A stretch of DNA of 64,000 bases, from NCBI GenBank assembly GCA_903831745.1, contig CAIKYX010000260.1:16433-80432 (forward strand), in the 5' to 3' direction. The stretch is from Oligoflexia bacterium. GTDB lineage: Bacteria > Bdellovibrionota > UBA1018 > CAIMNF01. Of this stretch, positions 44,401 through 50,308 are shown in pieces. The notes beneath the pieces were generated by a model. That model was not told where the DNA came from. It saw only the letters and a program-made list of their open reading frames with translations, and did not search any database. A program made the position numbers and the translations under genes. The stretch's first letter is position 1; each line of letters opens with the position of its first letter.

Positions 44401-47246
44401 ACACCAGTACGCTTCAAACCGTAACGTTTACTTCGGGAACCACCAACCAAGAGATTGCAGTCAGCGTACCTGTTTCTGCTTCTAATGCAGGAATTAACAA
44501 ATCATTCTTCGCCCAGATCGTTCCGCATTCTTTCACCGGTAACATTACCGCAGGCAGCACTTCAGTAACCAGCGTCTCGAGCACCGCTGGCCTTGCGGTC
44601 GGACAAACGATTACCGGAATCGGAATCATCAACGGAACCACAATTTCTGCTATCAGCGGAAGCACCCTCACGTTGAGTGCTGCTGCAAACAACAATACGA
44701 CCGGATTAACCATGATAGTCGGAAGCGCCCGAACCCAAAGTATTGCCAAGGTTCGAATCATGAGCTCACTCGGATCAGAACCAGTTTGCGATACAACTGC
44801 ACCCGGAACGATTACCGGTGACACTGTTGCCGGTCGTTATACCATTACCAATGCATCGAGCACCACCGGTCTGGCAGTTGGGCAAATCATTGTTGGAACC
44901 TATTTGCCAGGAAACACTCTCATTACTGCAATTAACGGCAGCACGATTACACTGAATGGCCCAGCAGCAGAAACTCAAACCACTGCAACCTTTAACACCC
45001 ACGTTCTCGGCGGATTCTTAACCGGCAGCTCGACCAATGCAGGAACCCAAGCCAATCCATACCTCGTGTGCAATACCGGCCAATGGTCGAACATGACAAA
45101 TGCAACCTATTGCAACGGAACCAGCTGTAACCTTTCGACCAATTATTTTCAGCTCGGCGCGGATTTTACACCGACGTCGATTCCAACGGCACTCTCGACT
45201 TTGAACTCTAACCTCGATGGTAACGAGCACATTATTTATGGTTACACGAGTGCCACTGGCGTGCCGCTGATTACCACTGTCAATCCTGCCAATCAGGGTA
45301 CCACCATTCAAAAAGTAAATATGCTCTATGCTAGCGTTACCGGAACTGCGAGCAACACCGCTGCGTTTATCGGAACGAACGGCGGAGCCGGAAACTACCA
45401 AGCCAAACTGACGGATGATTTCGTATCGGGTTATGTAAAAACCACAACCGGCACTGCTAACGGATTATTGGTCGGTCAGGTTCTCGGAACCACCAATCAA
45501 ACCGATGCCACCATTCAATATGCCATGACCTCAGGCTTAGTCAGTGCCACTACAGGAACTTACACGGGCGGTATCGTCGGCCAATACAAATGGGGTAACA
45601 GTGCAAACGGCGCACTCGCCACACAAGATCTTAAGAACTCATTTTGCGCTGCAAACGTCATCACTACTGCTGCTGATGTGGGTGGCGCCGTGGGATGGAT
45701 GACCGATTCTGGTTTAACTCCGTTCTATGCGGGTAATCAGTCTTTTACTTCGATCGTCGCGACCGGATTGGTACAAGGATATTCTTATGTCGGCGGCATC
45801 ATGGGCTATGTTCAAAGTTACAAGATGACTAGCCTCGCCTATACCGGCACACTCAGTTATAACAAATTCTATGGATCAGTACTGATTCCTTCAGGCGGAA
45901 CCTATTATGCGGGTGGTATTCTCGGTGGATTTTACGGTGGTCTAAGTTCGGTTTACTGGGTGACTTATTATACACTCACACTCGATCACAACACCAACTA
46001 CGGTACCGTTACTGACAATGCAACTGCTGGTTCTAATGCGGCCGGAATCGTCGGCAGCTTGACCGGTAATCAATGGACCGGAACGACCAATAACTTTTAT
46101 ACCGTAACCAACAACACGAACTACGGAAACGTGGCCGCTACTACCGGAGCGAATACAAACCTGGGAGGAATTTTGGGATATACTTATGCCGGTATGTCTA
46201 GCTTAGCCGTTCCATCTGGAATTACCTTGACCGGCAATGCTAATGGCGGAAACGTAACCGCGGGCACCACTGCCAGCACCGGTGCCCATGGCGGAATTGC
46301 CGGATATCTTTACATCAGAACACCTACCGTCGCGAGTATTTCTAGCAATTATTCTACCGGAAATATCACCGGTGGTGGCGGCACCAACGTGGGCGGTAAC
46401 GTAGGCTATTTATATGTGCTTAGCGGTTCAGCTAGCATCACCAGCAGTTACGCAACCGGAAACGTTACAGGTGGAGGTGTCGGACTGGGCGGCTTCATGG
46501 GCTATAATTATGGAGGAACTTTATCTGGCGATTATGCAACCGGTAACGTCACCACTACAGCAACTATTACCAGCGTTGGGGGTTTTGCAGGAACCAGCGG
46601 AACCATTACCAAATGTTATTCTACCGGTAACGTCAGCGATACATTTAGCAGCTCTATTGTCGGTGGATTTGCAGGCTCTGTCACTGGTCCGATTTCACAG
46701 AGCTGGGAATCCGGAAGCGTTTCGGGAAGCGGGGGAAGCGTATACACTTCTTGTATTGGCGGGTTTATCGGTAAGGACGATGGACAGACGGTATCTCAGA
46801 ACTATGCTGCAGGAGCGAGCGTGACGGGTGGAACTTATGTAGGCGGTTTCTATGGTTGTGCCTGGAACGACGCGACTAGCACCATCAATTATAACTACAC
46901 GCTCGCCACGTCTACAGGCCAAGGTTTTGGATACAACTCCGTAACCAGCCCAACTTCGAATAACAACTACTGGCTGGTCAATGGCGCAATCACAGACGCC
47001 TACGTTACCTATACGACTTGCGATGCCAACGTCACTGGCGCCAATGCCCATGGTTCGAGATGTACCGCCGCCCAACTCAAGGATTCGACCAACGCAAACT
47101 GGAACTTCGCGGGCTGGGATTACTCAGGCGGAACTAGATTTAACGGCTCAGTCTGGGTCGCTCCTACCGGCGGAACCGCTTGCGGAACGCCAGGCGTAAA
47201 CGTTTGCCCAAGCGCCAACTACGCTTATCCGACCTTGCGCCAATAA
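29424..47246 (+). CDS. Giant (5,940 aa) Sec-exported repetitive adhesin: Ig-like/Big stalk plus three Calx-beta/GLUG beta-helix modules
   Basis: Signal peptide (..AQA-A); Big_1-like IAISSGNSQS...ATVKW..TSGAG repeats; 111-aa Cys-pair repeats; NPYLVCN...GNEHI followed by many YATGNVT..GGFVG (GLUG-like) repeats; Thr/Ser/Gly-rich. Confidence 0.9.
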   Translation: MKGIRSSIFELKRKAVLWAALSFFISISAQAAPGSIAISSGNSQSSAYGTALPVSLVALVKDTNGKALSGATVKWSVTSGAGTLSSTSTTSSSTGLATVTFTPAYGTNTVHALVNGTSYAVDFTETGSAGPATQIAIVSGTNQTGTVLALLPAPLIVIAKDAAGHPAPNTSIKWVVTVGGGQMSTSLNKSDVLGQASITYTSGTVPGLNMVSATIQGTSVTTTFTETAATGTNRQIVILSGDAQAPGAAGAMLANPLVVRVLDLAGNVVSGAKVDWAVVSGGGTVSAAQTTSDSLGKAQINFTTGGGGGRNVVSATIHGATPYVSFTEIANVTNIDHIAFTTDLTGLTFNAGIAFTTQPAVTLYDASNVIVSGINAGTMTMTISSGSLTAGATSNTISHGVANFATLTTQTVGTGFTVTASFTYNGHTYTANSGAFNVNPGVFNSLVYTTPPTTPVTTDATNTIVAKEYDAYGNLLTTDSASSMTLTAYTTTNCTTTTVGSALSVPSASTSGGIGTFASEQIYKTTVHSILASSTVGGITKTACSGAITVNPGALNSLTYTTPPTTPVTTDQTDTVAVTAYDTNGNVLSTDTSAITLTAYSTTNCSTSTVSSALSATSVNASAGVSTFTNLQTYKTTVQSILASSTVGGVTKTVCSGAIVVNPGALNSLAYTTPLPNPTTTDATNTIALTAYDVNNNALSTDTSAITLTAYSTTNCATTTVSSALSATSVNASAGVGTFSNLQVYKTTVHSILASTTVGGVTKTACASSLTINPGALNSITFSTPITTPTTTDAMHTAAVTAWDANNNALSTDSSAITLAAYSTTDCTSSTVSSALSSTSVNASSGVSTFTNLQIYKTSVQSVLASTTVGGVTKTVCSGAIVVNVGALNSIAFTTPPTSPVTTDATHTVAVTAYDANNNVLTTDASAITLTGYSTTNCATTTVSSSLSSTSVNASSGVSTFTNLQIYKTSVQSILASTTVGGVTKTVCASSLTVNPGAAASLAFTTDPGTGAPTYTAGTVIGTQPVVKVYDANNNLKTDYSGSISLTADTSASCGAPADIASGLSATTNPIVLSGSSTATFAGVTILKTNAVKLRATDGTLQVCSSAFTVNPSGLNSIVFTTPPTSPTTTDSTNTVAVTAYDVNNNVLSTDTSAVTLTAYSTTNCSTTTVASSLSATSVNASAGVGTFSNLQIYKTSVQSILASTTVGGVTRTVCAASLTINPGALNSLTYSTPPTTPTTTDATNTIAVTAWDVNNNVITTDTSAVTLTAYSTNNCTTSTVASALSATSVNAALGVGTFAALQIYKTSVQSILASSTVGGVTKTVCSAALTVNGGALNSLAFTTAPTTPATTDATNTVVVKAYDVNNNVLNTDTSAITLAGYSSIDCTSSTVASSLSSTSINAVAGVSTFTNLQIYKTSVQSILASSTVGGVTKTVCAGSLSVTPGAFSIANSTFVSTSQSVVSSAGGTTITASITPLDAHGNASPTGTPASITFTQAASASGGTINNTFPITATLSGGLYSANISGNHTGTVTLQGTVSAVNSTSQDVVTITAGAASKLAFTTSPAGGSVDTALGNLTVQAQDVNGNPVASTATVAITLNSSSSCAAPGIQSSPNGTAGLVVSGSAPPATALSGTPGLVTFSTVSATKVGSLYVCATDNAVVLTSAYFPVTMTVGAFSITKSTFVATSQSVAASAGGTTITTSMTPLDQYGNASPTGTPASITYTKVSAASGGAVNNTFPVTATLASGLFSATFSGNTTGTVTIQGTSSAVNSTSQDVITITSGALTHFTVTGSATAYTGSAQTYTVTALDVNNNAVTNFTDSTAITTPGDATATKTPASITSWTNGVGTVSVNFDNVGTWPVTATDGAVTANISVVVTAPPIYIGLTDANGNARTGYSILAQACSAGQVAAPTLGCVSTSSMVPVGSPIYISRYATVNGVPGTAYTTGSNTVTVTLTPVTALAPTQFSPSASNAIPPVVAAGSGSPTTTGYTASGGVYTTTLTIPSGVSGVYLDTASFGVAVNATVTGDTYFTVALSSPSGGAVLGGSSLAQVSLIDKNYTIAAGYGGGGDITFSDSLYKSSLNTVTLTMHRSFNTTVDETVDVELFDGTGKCNTDYSPFTGSNCATNAQNGAIALVKTVTFCGTVTTACGGGATPNQEITFTVPVTPSSTGVNTSFFAQIVPHAFTGNTTAGSTTVASVSSTTGLAVGNIITGVGIISGTTISAISGSNITLSTAANTTASSVKLMTGYGRSQSIAKILVMSTGEPTFCDSTAVATVTGTGTVGSNVITGVSSTAGLALGQLIASTSTVTRIAANSYITAFTANSITINNNITGTTGSFTITTHPFGGFLLGTSYANVVSNAATAGSASNPYLVCNNTQFANMASTTLCGNGSTSCSVQTNNFQLVNDLTATAPITANMNANFNGNEHIVYNYSSPVNGNAIFNSINPTTAASTIQKFNLLYGSSITATAGGALLIGSNGATGSGYGAKLIDLFASGYVYSNTGSAYQTSILEQYKNVSANAQDISTQYGMAAGLLNDNQNVGGAGPILGQTGWIATSSLSATVDVKNSFSTANVLMNLGGNAGGVIGAPGDYGAVTNVGGGHYDYLTSTGYIKTVGLGGGIIGIIAQDKTSVTPVTITASHNSFYGSLTMGSGTNALGGIVGNIYCGNGSGTGYCNYTTFTLDQNINYGTLSSGTAARMGGVLGYYSLNTNSASPTNIALNITNNISYGTVTATTNTSAMSGGLIGIIAFTDSTNSVNNSMTISGNTAVGNVNYNSNTTGANYWGGFVGIVQANYLTSSSITNNHATGNVACGGVAICGGFAGSIQSPGSIANYIPVSNSSATGNVTGVTANTAGFVGYPSYENFTNCYATGSVTTGGNYAGGFAGEAATVTFTNCYATGNISTTANVSYIGGFAGYPVPATFVKCYATGNITDSGHVSTIAGGFIGYGASTITASQCWSTGSVSINGDYAAGFIGQVAANSTVSQCYSAGATATASAHAAGFTTIISAATLTANQSYTITSPSATNKYGFAYLSAGGAVTSSNSYWLANNGVTDTLPGIPYTQLTHAVGATYSGTYSSAAATITGLSSTTGLAPGQLISGTNIPANTTITSVGSNWVALSATPTGSGTSFSNDIYNYAGWDTDFTTSNYWYELGSCASSQLSPTGGCPTASYPFPTLIYPSSATSARIYISSAPTITTGNMNSYTVSGTCNVNGNTVTVYVDGSSVGTAVCATGSSPQFSITFNASTLTDGTHTIMASMPDGSSNIMTNSVAVIDNTVIPPAPTAIALNTPASSPGSNASPVLTVTLSAFTAGNTVSLYTNSSCAAPSYKGTATASGTSVNVTVSPALAAIGPQTYYAQTANAYGNISACSSAHVTYDYETPIMQFTDVNGNIRTGFSVIASICSTSPTGCASNVDYGVPVGSPIYISLLNAGALYNSSGATSVTVTYTGISAVTGTQLTNGSYTATIPNGASSVVVDSHNFVIGHSATVTADTYFVITLSAPNNGAVLATAPQAQVNIVDPNYVTPTYGGGGDVMFSHSFYSTTAGGSTATLYLQRPFNQSTTEPVDVKFFDGTGAAGTDYTGTTQTVTFTSGTTKQEIAVTVPVTTGTNGVNKSFFAQIVPHAFTGTITAGSTSVTSVSSTTGLAVGQTITGVGIINGTTISAISGSTLTLSAAANYSVTSQNLTVGSARSQSIAKIRILSSGEACDSAAPGTITANTTVGSNIITVSSASGLAIGQILAGANIAGNTVITAISGTTLTLNNAATGTGTGVTLNTHVFGGFFTGSATNGGSSSNPYLVCNTGQWTNMGSSTSYCNGSTCNTAGNNFMLAADFTPSAVPAAISTMSANLDGNEHIIYDYASVASVPLFATVNPSGGGTTLQKINMLYASVTGTLANSAAFIGVNGGASNYQAILTDDFVSGYVKTTTGNADALLVAQMLGTTNQTSATIQYGMVSGLVSATTALYVGGLVGEYKWGNSANGALSTLDLRNSFTTANVITTGGEVGGAVGYILDSLASSYFMGNQTLTAIQSTGYVSGYTYVGGILGAFSTEKATTVPYTFTLSYSNFSGSALIPSTGTHYVGGIVGGIYCGGAGFGAGLCEYMTVTVDHDVNSGTVTDSASGGLGAAGIVSSISHASTAGETSYFVNVTNSTNMGNVAATTGTTGYMGGVLGYVYFGMGSGAIPDGASFTGNINSGNVTAGVAGSGGVGGVIGYIQTRTPTVYTVTGNYSTGNINCGTAPYCAGFVGQLYPFSGTASYSNDFETGNVTAGGNYSGGFVGWNAGNAANSIAISNSYATGNVTGTANASYLGGFVGYNQDANETNCFASGNVTDTHATTSVGGFAGITTVSTMSQCWSTGNVSTTGTYAGGFVGYVSPTSTFNQCYSAGNTASAATDAAGFAGFVGSTSTYNQCYTITLPTTATTKSGFMVYSAGTITANQNYWLAQSGLTDTYAQSVTAQQLSYGVGTSYSGTVTSGSPNITGVSSTAGLAVGQGINGTGIPATATISAIYGSTVVMSANATGSGVSFSNNIYSAYAGWDSAFETTNYWYEIGNCGTSQLSPAGGCPTVTYPYPTLIYPSSATSARVYVTVPAASGTINGAANTHTFTVSGLCNINGQQVSVFVDGSAALSPVGGVCNGTTFSMTIDLLGMGLSDGSHTFSATMNDGSSRTIASVPVTETLAAVTPATPTAVTLTTPVSSPGSSATPTFTVTLPVFNAGDSVAIYANNTCGMPAFKGSLTATGTSVPVVVTTTLSATGPQRYYAQTTSARGTVSACSSVYATYDYEVPTLQFTDVLGNVRNDFSVIASQCSLSPTGCASNVDYGVPVGSPIYVSLLNNGSLYNSSGATTVTVSYTGISAVTGTQLTNGSYTASIPNGSSSVVVDSHNFVIGHSATVTADTYFVVTLSVPGNGAVLPPVPQAQVNIVDPNYVTPTYGGGGHVMFSHSFYSTTPGASTATLYLQRPFNQSNTEPVDVIFFDGTGTAGTDYTSTLQTVTFTSGTTNQEIAVSVPVSASNAGINKSFFAQIVPHSFTGNITAGSTSVTSVSSTAGLAVGQTITGIGIINGTTISAISGSTLTLSAAANNNTTGLTMIVGSARTQSIAKVRIMSSLGSEPVCDTTAPGTITGDTVAGRYTITNASSTTGLAVGQIIVGTYLPGNTLITAINGSTITLNGPAAETQTTATFNTHVLGGFLTGSSTNAGTQANPYLVCNTGQWSNMTNATYCNGTSCNLSTNYFQLGADFTPTSIPTALSTLNSNLDGNEHIIYGYTSATGVPLITTVNPANQGTTIQKVNMLYASVTGTASNTAAFIGTNGGAGNYQAKLTDDFVSGYVKTTTGTANGLLVGQVLGTTNQTDATIQYAMTSGLVSATTGTYTGGIVGQYKWGNSANGALATQDLKNSFCAANVITTAADVGGAVGWMTDSGLTPFYAGNQSFTSIVATGLVQGYSYVGGIMGYVQSYKMTSLAYTGTLSYNKFYGSVLIPSGGTYYAGGILGGFYGGLSSVYWVTYYTLTLDHNTNYGTVTDNATAGSNAAGIVGSLTGNQWTGTTNNFYTVTNNTNYGNVAATTGANTNLGGILGYTYAGMSSLAVPSGITLTGNANGGNVTAGTTASTGAHGGIAGYLYIRTPTVASISSNYSTGNITGGGGTNVGGNVGYLYVLSGSASITSSYATGNVTGGGVGLGGFMGYNYGGTLSGDYATGNVTTTATITSVGGFAGTSGTITKCYSTGNVSDTFSSSIVGGFAGSVTGPISQSWESGSVSGSGGSVYTSCIGGFIGKDDGQTVSQNYAAGASVTGGTYVGGFYGCAWNDATSTINYNYTLATSTGQGFGYNSVTSPTSNNNYWLVNGAITDAYVTYTTCDANVTGANAHGSRCTAAQLKDSTNANWNFAGWDYSGGTRFNGSVWVAPTGGTACGTPGVNVCPSANYAYPTLRQ
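30738..33752 (+). repeat. Eight coding tandem repeats of about 333 bp (111 aa), 5+3, interrupted by one 348-bp divergent domain
   Basis: Units start at 30738, 31074, 31407, 31740, 32073 and 32754, 33087, 33420; consensus NPGALNSLxxTTPPT.P.TTDA...AYSTTNC...QIYKTSVQSILASTTVGGVTKTVC. Confidence 0.9.
35070..47243 (+). repeat. Three super-repeats within the adhesin (periods 4,512 and 4,218 bp; third copy shorter)
   Basis: Modules start at 35070, 39582 and 43800 (P.xxxTDxxGNxRxxxSxxAxxC); each has SFFAQIVPHxF and NPYLVCN and ends CPxxxYxxPTL. Confidence 0.85.
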
Positions 47247-47269
47247 AAAGTTCAGTACAAACTAGAGGC

Positions 47270-47704
47270 ATGACCACCTTTCAACAAAAGATCCTCGCTC
47301 AATTGGATAAAATGAAGTGCCTTCCGCCCCTCCTCGCGCGCATTACCCTTGCTGTCGTTTTTTTAGTAGCGGGCGCCGGCAAACTGCAGAAGCTCGATCG
47401 GGTGGCTGAATATTTTGTAAGTCTGCACATCAGCTATCCCCTATTGTCGGCTAACTTAGTGGCATGGACTGAACTCTTGATCGGCCTTTGCATGCTCTTC
47501 GGTGTGTACGCAAGAACTGCAGCGGTACCCCTAATTTGGATCATGATCATGGCGATGATTAAAACGAAGGGCGATCAATTCGGAAAATTTTCAGACCTTT
47601 TTAATTTTACTGAATTTTTATACTTGGTTTTAGCGTTCTGGATTTTGGTCGCTGGGCCAGGAGAAATTACCATTCAGCGTTGGGTGAATCGACTCAAAGG
47701 ATAA
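47270..47704 (+). CDS. DoxX-family membrane protein
   Basis: LLARITLAVVFLVAGAGKL, ELLIGLCMLFG..ARTAA, AGPGEITI; ATG 47270 after GAGG. Confidence 0.85.
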   Translation: MTTFQQKILAQLDKMKCLPPLLARITLAVVFLVAGAGKLQKLDRVAEYFVSLHISYPLLSANLVAWTELLIGLCMLFGVYARTAAVPLIWIMIMAMIKTKGDQFGKFSDLFNFTEFLYLVLAFWILVAGPGEITIQRWVNRLKG

Positions 47705-47728
47705 GACTGCCAAGAATTCAGCCTGATA

Positions 47729-48574
47729 CTAGGTGCCCACATCAATTCGATCGCAAGGCACCACAAAATTAGGCTTATCCACCGTAATCAGTACCGGCCC
47801 TAAAGTCGAAGTGGCACCGGCCTTATTCGGTTGATAGATGGTAATCGAGCGAACGCCCCAAGGAACCGTGGTAAATGAAAATGCTCCTTGAGCGGCAGGG
47901 GCCACGGGATGCAGTACCTGCTTCAGCACCCCTAAACCATCGGGATAGTTCAATTCGACCTCAGCAGTACCCACAAACGGCGCGCCTCCCTGACAAATAA
48001 ATCCACTGACCGTCGAGGTCACCATGTTTACCGGAAGCACTTCCCAAATGTCCTGAGAGAATGGATTTCCGGGAGTGGTTCCAAACACTTTGTCGGCACC
48101 GTAACTTCCGACATACCCATCATATGCGCCGTAGCCCATGTACCCAGAATACGGAGCAAGATACACAAATGGAGTACCCCAAGCATCATTCACAAAACTA
48201 GTACTGGGCCCAGTGCCTTCTACGTAGGGGCCGTTCCACCCCAGACCAAAACGAGAAGTCGCACTGACCGCATAGGCAGGTAAGCTCGGATTGGTAACCA
48301 AATCTGCGATGTGGCCAAATGCACCGATGTCGCCTACATAGCCAAAGCTACTGCGACTGCCCGAAACTTTAACATCCGGATTACCGGTCATGCCTTCACG
48401 AATTTTAGTCAGGATTGCTACCGTTTCATCAAAACGAGCGGAATCTACCTGACTCGAAATCATCTCGATCGAAATGACCGAAAGGATGACGAGCAGGCCG
48501 ATACTCATCAAGAGTTCGACCATGGTAAACCCATCTTTTTTTAAGCAAATTTTACGGCACAAATAAGAGATCAT
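47729..48574 (-). CDS. Prepilin-like protein: GspG-type head plus C-terminal beta-sandwich
   Basis: KKDG|FTMVELL, GWNGPY, DAWGTPFVY, SYGADK; ATG 48574 preferred to the track start 48613. Confidence 0.8.
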   Translation of the reverse strand: MISYLCRKICLKKDGFTMVELLMSIGLLVILSVISIEMISSQVDSARFDETVAILTKIREGMTGNPDVKVSGSRSSFGYVGDIGAFGHIADLVTNPSLPAYAVSATSRFGLGWNGPYVEGTGPSTSFVNDAWGTPFVYLAPYSGYMGYGAYDGYVGSYGADKVFGTTPGNPFSQDIWEVLPVNMVTSTVSGFICQGGAPFVGTAEVELNYPDGLGVLKQVLHPVAPAAQGAFSFTTVPWGVRSITIYQPNKAGATSTLGPVLITVDKPNFVVPCDRIDVGT

Positions 48575-49046
48575 CAGCCGCTCCCGCTCCGCCACAGATT
48601 CGATCTGGCCCACAGCTCGTTAAATTTCCGCTGGGTTGATCGAATAGAAAAAGAGTTCCCCACCCATCTGTTTTAAAATCATTCGGCAGATTTTGAAAGA
48701 CCTGATCGACGTAAGGTCCACACCACCCTTGCAGCGTAAGATAAGTGTCTACATCGGCGGGATTATTGTCCACATCGCAGGCGGGCTCACCGAGATTGGT
48801 AAGTAAATGGTTAAAGTCAGCCGGATAGGTACCCACCGTTTTTCCGCCATGACTTAATTTATAGGCCTGAAGTGCAGTTCGAAGTGCCAAGGCCTTTTCG
48901 GTGGTTTCGCGACTTTGCGCGGTTCCGATCATAGGCCCTAACATCACCATGGCTCCTGCAATTAAGAGTGCAAAGAGCAAAAGAGCCAGCATCACGCCGA
49001 TCAGTCCAAAACCCTTTTGCTGGTTAGAATGAGATAACGATATCAT
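48552..49046 (-). CDS. Minor (pseudo)pilin lacking Glu5, GspG-like head
   Basis: QKG|FGLIGVM, GWCGPY, DGWG, SCGPD...DDL. Confidence 0.78.
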   Translation of the reverse strand: MISLSHSNQQKGFGLIGVMLALLLFALLIAGAMVMLGPMIGTAQSRETTEKALALRTALQAYKLSHGGKTVGTYPADFNHLLTNLGEPACDVDNNPADVDTYLTLQGWCGPYVDQVFQNLPNDFKTDGWGTLFLFDQPSGNLTSCGPDRICGGAGAADDLLFVP

Positions 49047-49494
49047 CGCCTGTTCCTAAGACTTGATCAGGCCCACGACTCGTAATCGTTCGGCCTACCT
49101 TATCGTACCAAATCGGCTGACCCCATGCATCAGTACTATAATTAGGATCTGTATCCGACACATACGGACCACGCCATCCCTGCTTTAAAAATGGATCGTA
49201 AGCAACCGAACAGGTTCCAGAACCTGGCATCGCAACTAAATCAGAAAGTAGATCTGGAACGCCCAAGCAATCGATCAAGTAACCTGGTTTTGAGAGTTGT
49301 CCTGCCGAAACGAGCCTCGCATCGCCGACAATGGCGGCTTTAAAAGCGATTAATTTTTCGGTAGTGACTGCAATTTTTGCGTCGGTTCCGAAATTAACGA
49401 ATTGGGATATTCCCACTGCTGCAAGCACCGCTAGAAGCGCAAGAACCATGAGGGTTTCGATCAGGGTAAAACCGTTTTTATGTTTTAAATCCAA
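49024..49494 (-). CDS. GspG-like (pseudo)pilin
   Basis: KNG|FTLIETL, GWRGPY, DAWGQPIWY, SRGPDQVLGTGDDI. Confidence 0.85.
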   Translation of the reverse strand: MDLKHKNGFTLIETLMVLALLAVLAAVGISQFVNFGTDAKIAVTTEKLIAFKAAIVGDARLVSAGQLSKPGYLIDCLGVPDLLSDLVAMPGSGTCSVAYDPFLKQGWRGPYVSDTDPNYSTDAWGQPIWYDKVGRTITSRGPDQVLGTGDDIVISF

Positions 49495-49497
49495 GAA

Positions 49498-50154
49498 CTA
49501 ATACTGGTACTCGGTACCGCCACCGTCTGCAGGACTGACACCGTCGTTATTACCTGTGTTCGCCCAAAGGTTTCCGGTTACTGAATCATAACACCAGCCG
49601 CCCTCGTTAATGGTAGCCGCGCCCGCTGTAGTACCGGCAAATGCAACACCCGCAGCACAATTCTTACCCGCAGTTCGAGTCGCTTCGCAAAGCGCTGATG
49701 AGGTCATGGTCGATACGCAATCGACGATGTCATTCGCATTCAGGGCTGCACCCGGAGCTGCAGCAATCACAGCTGTACCAGGAGCAGATAGAGTTTGATT
49801 CACTGACCATGGATTAGGTGGAATACTGCTTGCGATGAAGATTCGGTCAGCCGCATTAGCGATTTGAGTAGTGGTACACAGTGGCAAAGCACCCGCCGTG
49901 ATATCATTGAGAGCGAAACTGTCTGCAGGAGGAAATGCTCCGGTGACGTTACACCTGACCGCAACCTGAGAGGCTTGCACCGCTATCGCGTTTCGAATGA
50001 TAGCCAAGTTACCTTTAACGGCGGCTTCCTTCGCTTCTTTCGAGAAGTTCACAAATTGTGTTACACCGATGGCTGCGAGAATTCCGATCAGCAAAACCAC
50101 CATCAACATCTCGATCAGCGTAAAACCTTGATTATTTTTCTTCGATCTTTTCAC
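49498..50154 (-). CDS. Probable major type IV pilin, 6 Cys
   Basis: NNQG|FTLIEMLMVV, IPPNPWS, GGWCYD..TGNLWAN; AGGAG RBS and its own AT-rich upstream region. Confidence 0.85.
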   Translation of the reverse strand: MKRSKKNNQGFTLIEMLMVVLLIGILAAIGVTQFVNFSKEAKEAAVKGNLAIIRNAIAVQASQVAVRCNVTGAFPPADSFALNDITAGALPLCTTTQIANAADRIFIASSIPPNPWSVNQTLSAPGTAVIAAAPGAALNANDIVDCVSTMTSSALCEATRTAGKNCAAGVAFAGTTAGAATINEGGWCYDSVTGNLWANTGNNDGVSPADGGGTEYQY

Positions 50155-50308
50155 GGTTCGATTCTCCTATTGTCGATGACCCATTCCGGAAATAACTTCT
50201 TATATTCAACTATAACAACATAATTAAAGAAATGAATACATATAAATTATAGGATTTAGCTCAGGATTTTAAGTCAGACCCTTGACGGCGCTATCCTCGG
50301 ATTCACCA

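Noticed and set aside
29874..47199. Many short alternative-frame and antisense ORFs inside the adhesin
   Set aside because: By-products of repetitive Thr/Ser/Gly codons; no independent RBS or domain signal
29424..47246. Autotransporter, RTX/T1SS, CdiA toxin or DGR-target interpretation of the giant protein
   Set aside because: No C-terminal barrel ending in F/W, no GGxGxD nonapeptides, no TPS/VENN motif or small immunity gene, no reverse transcriptase; repeat differences are not adenine-specific
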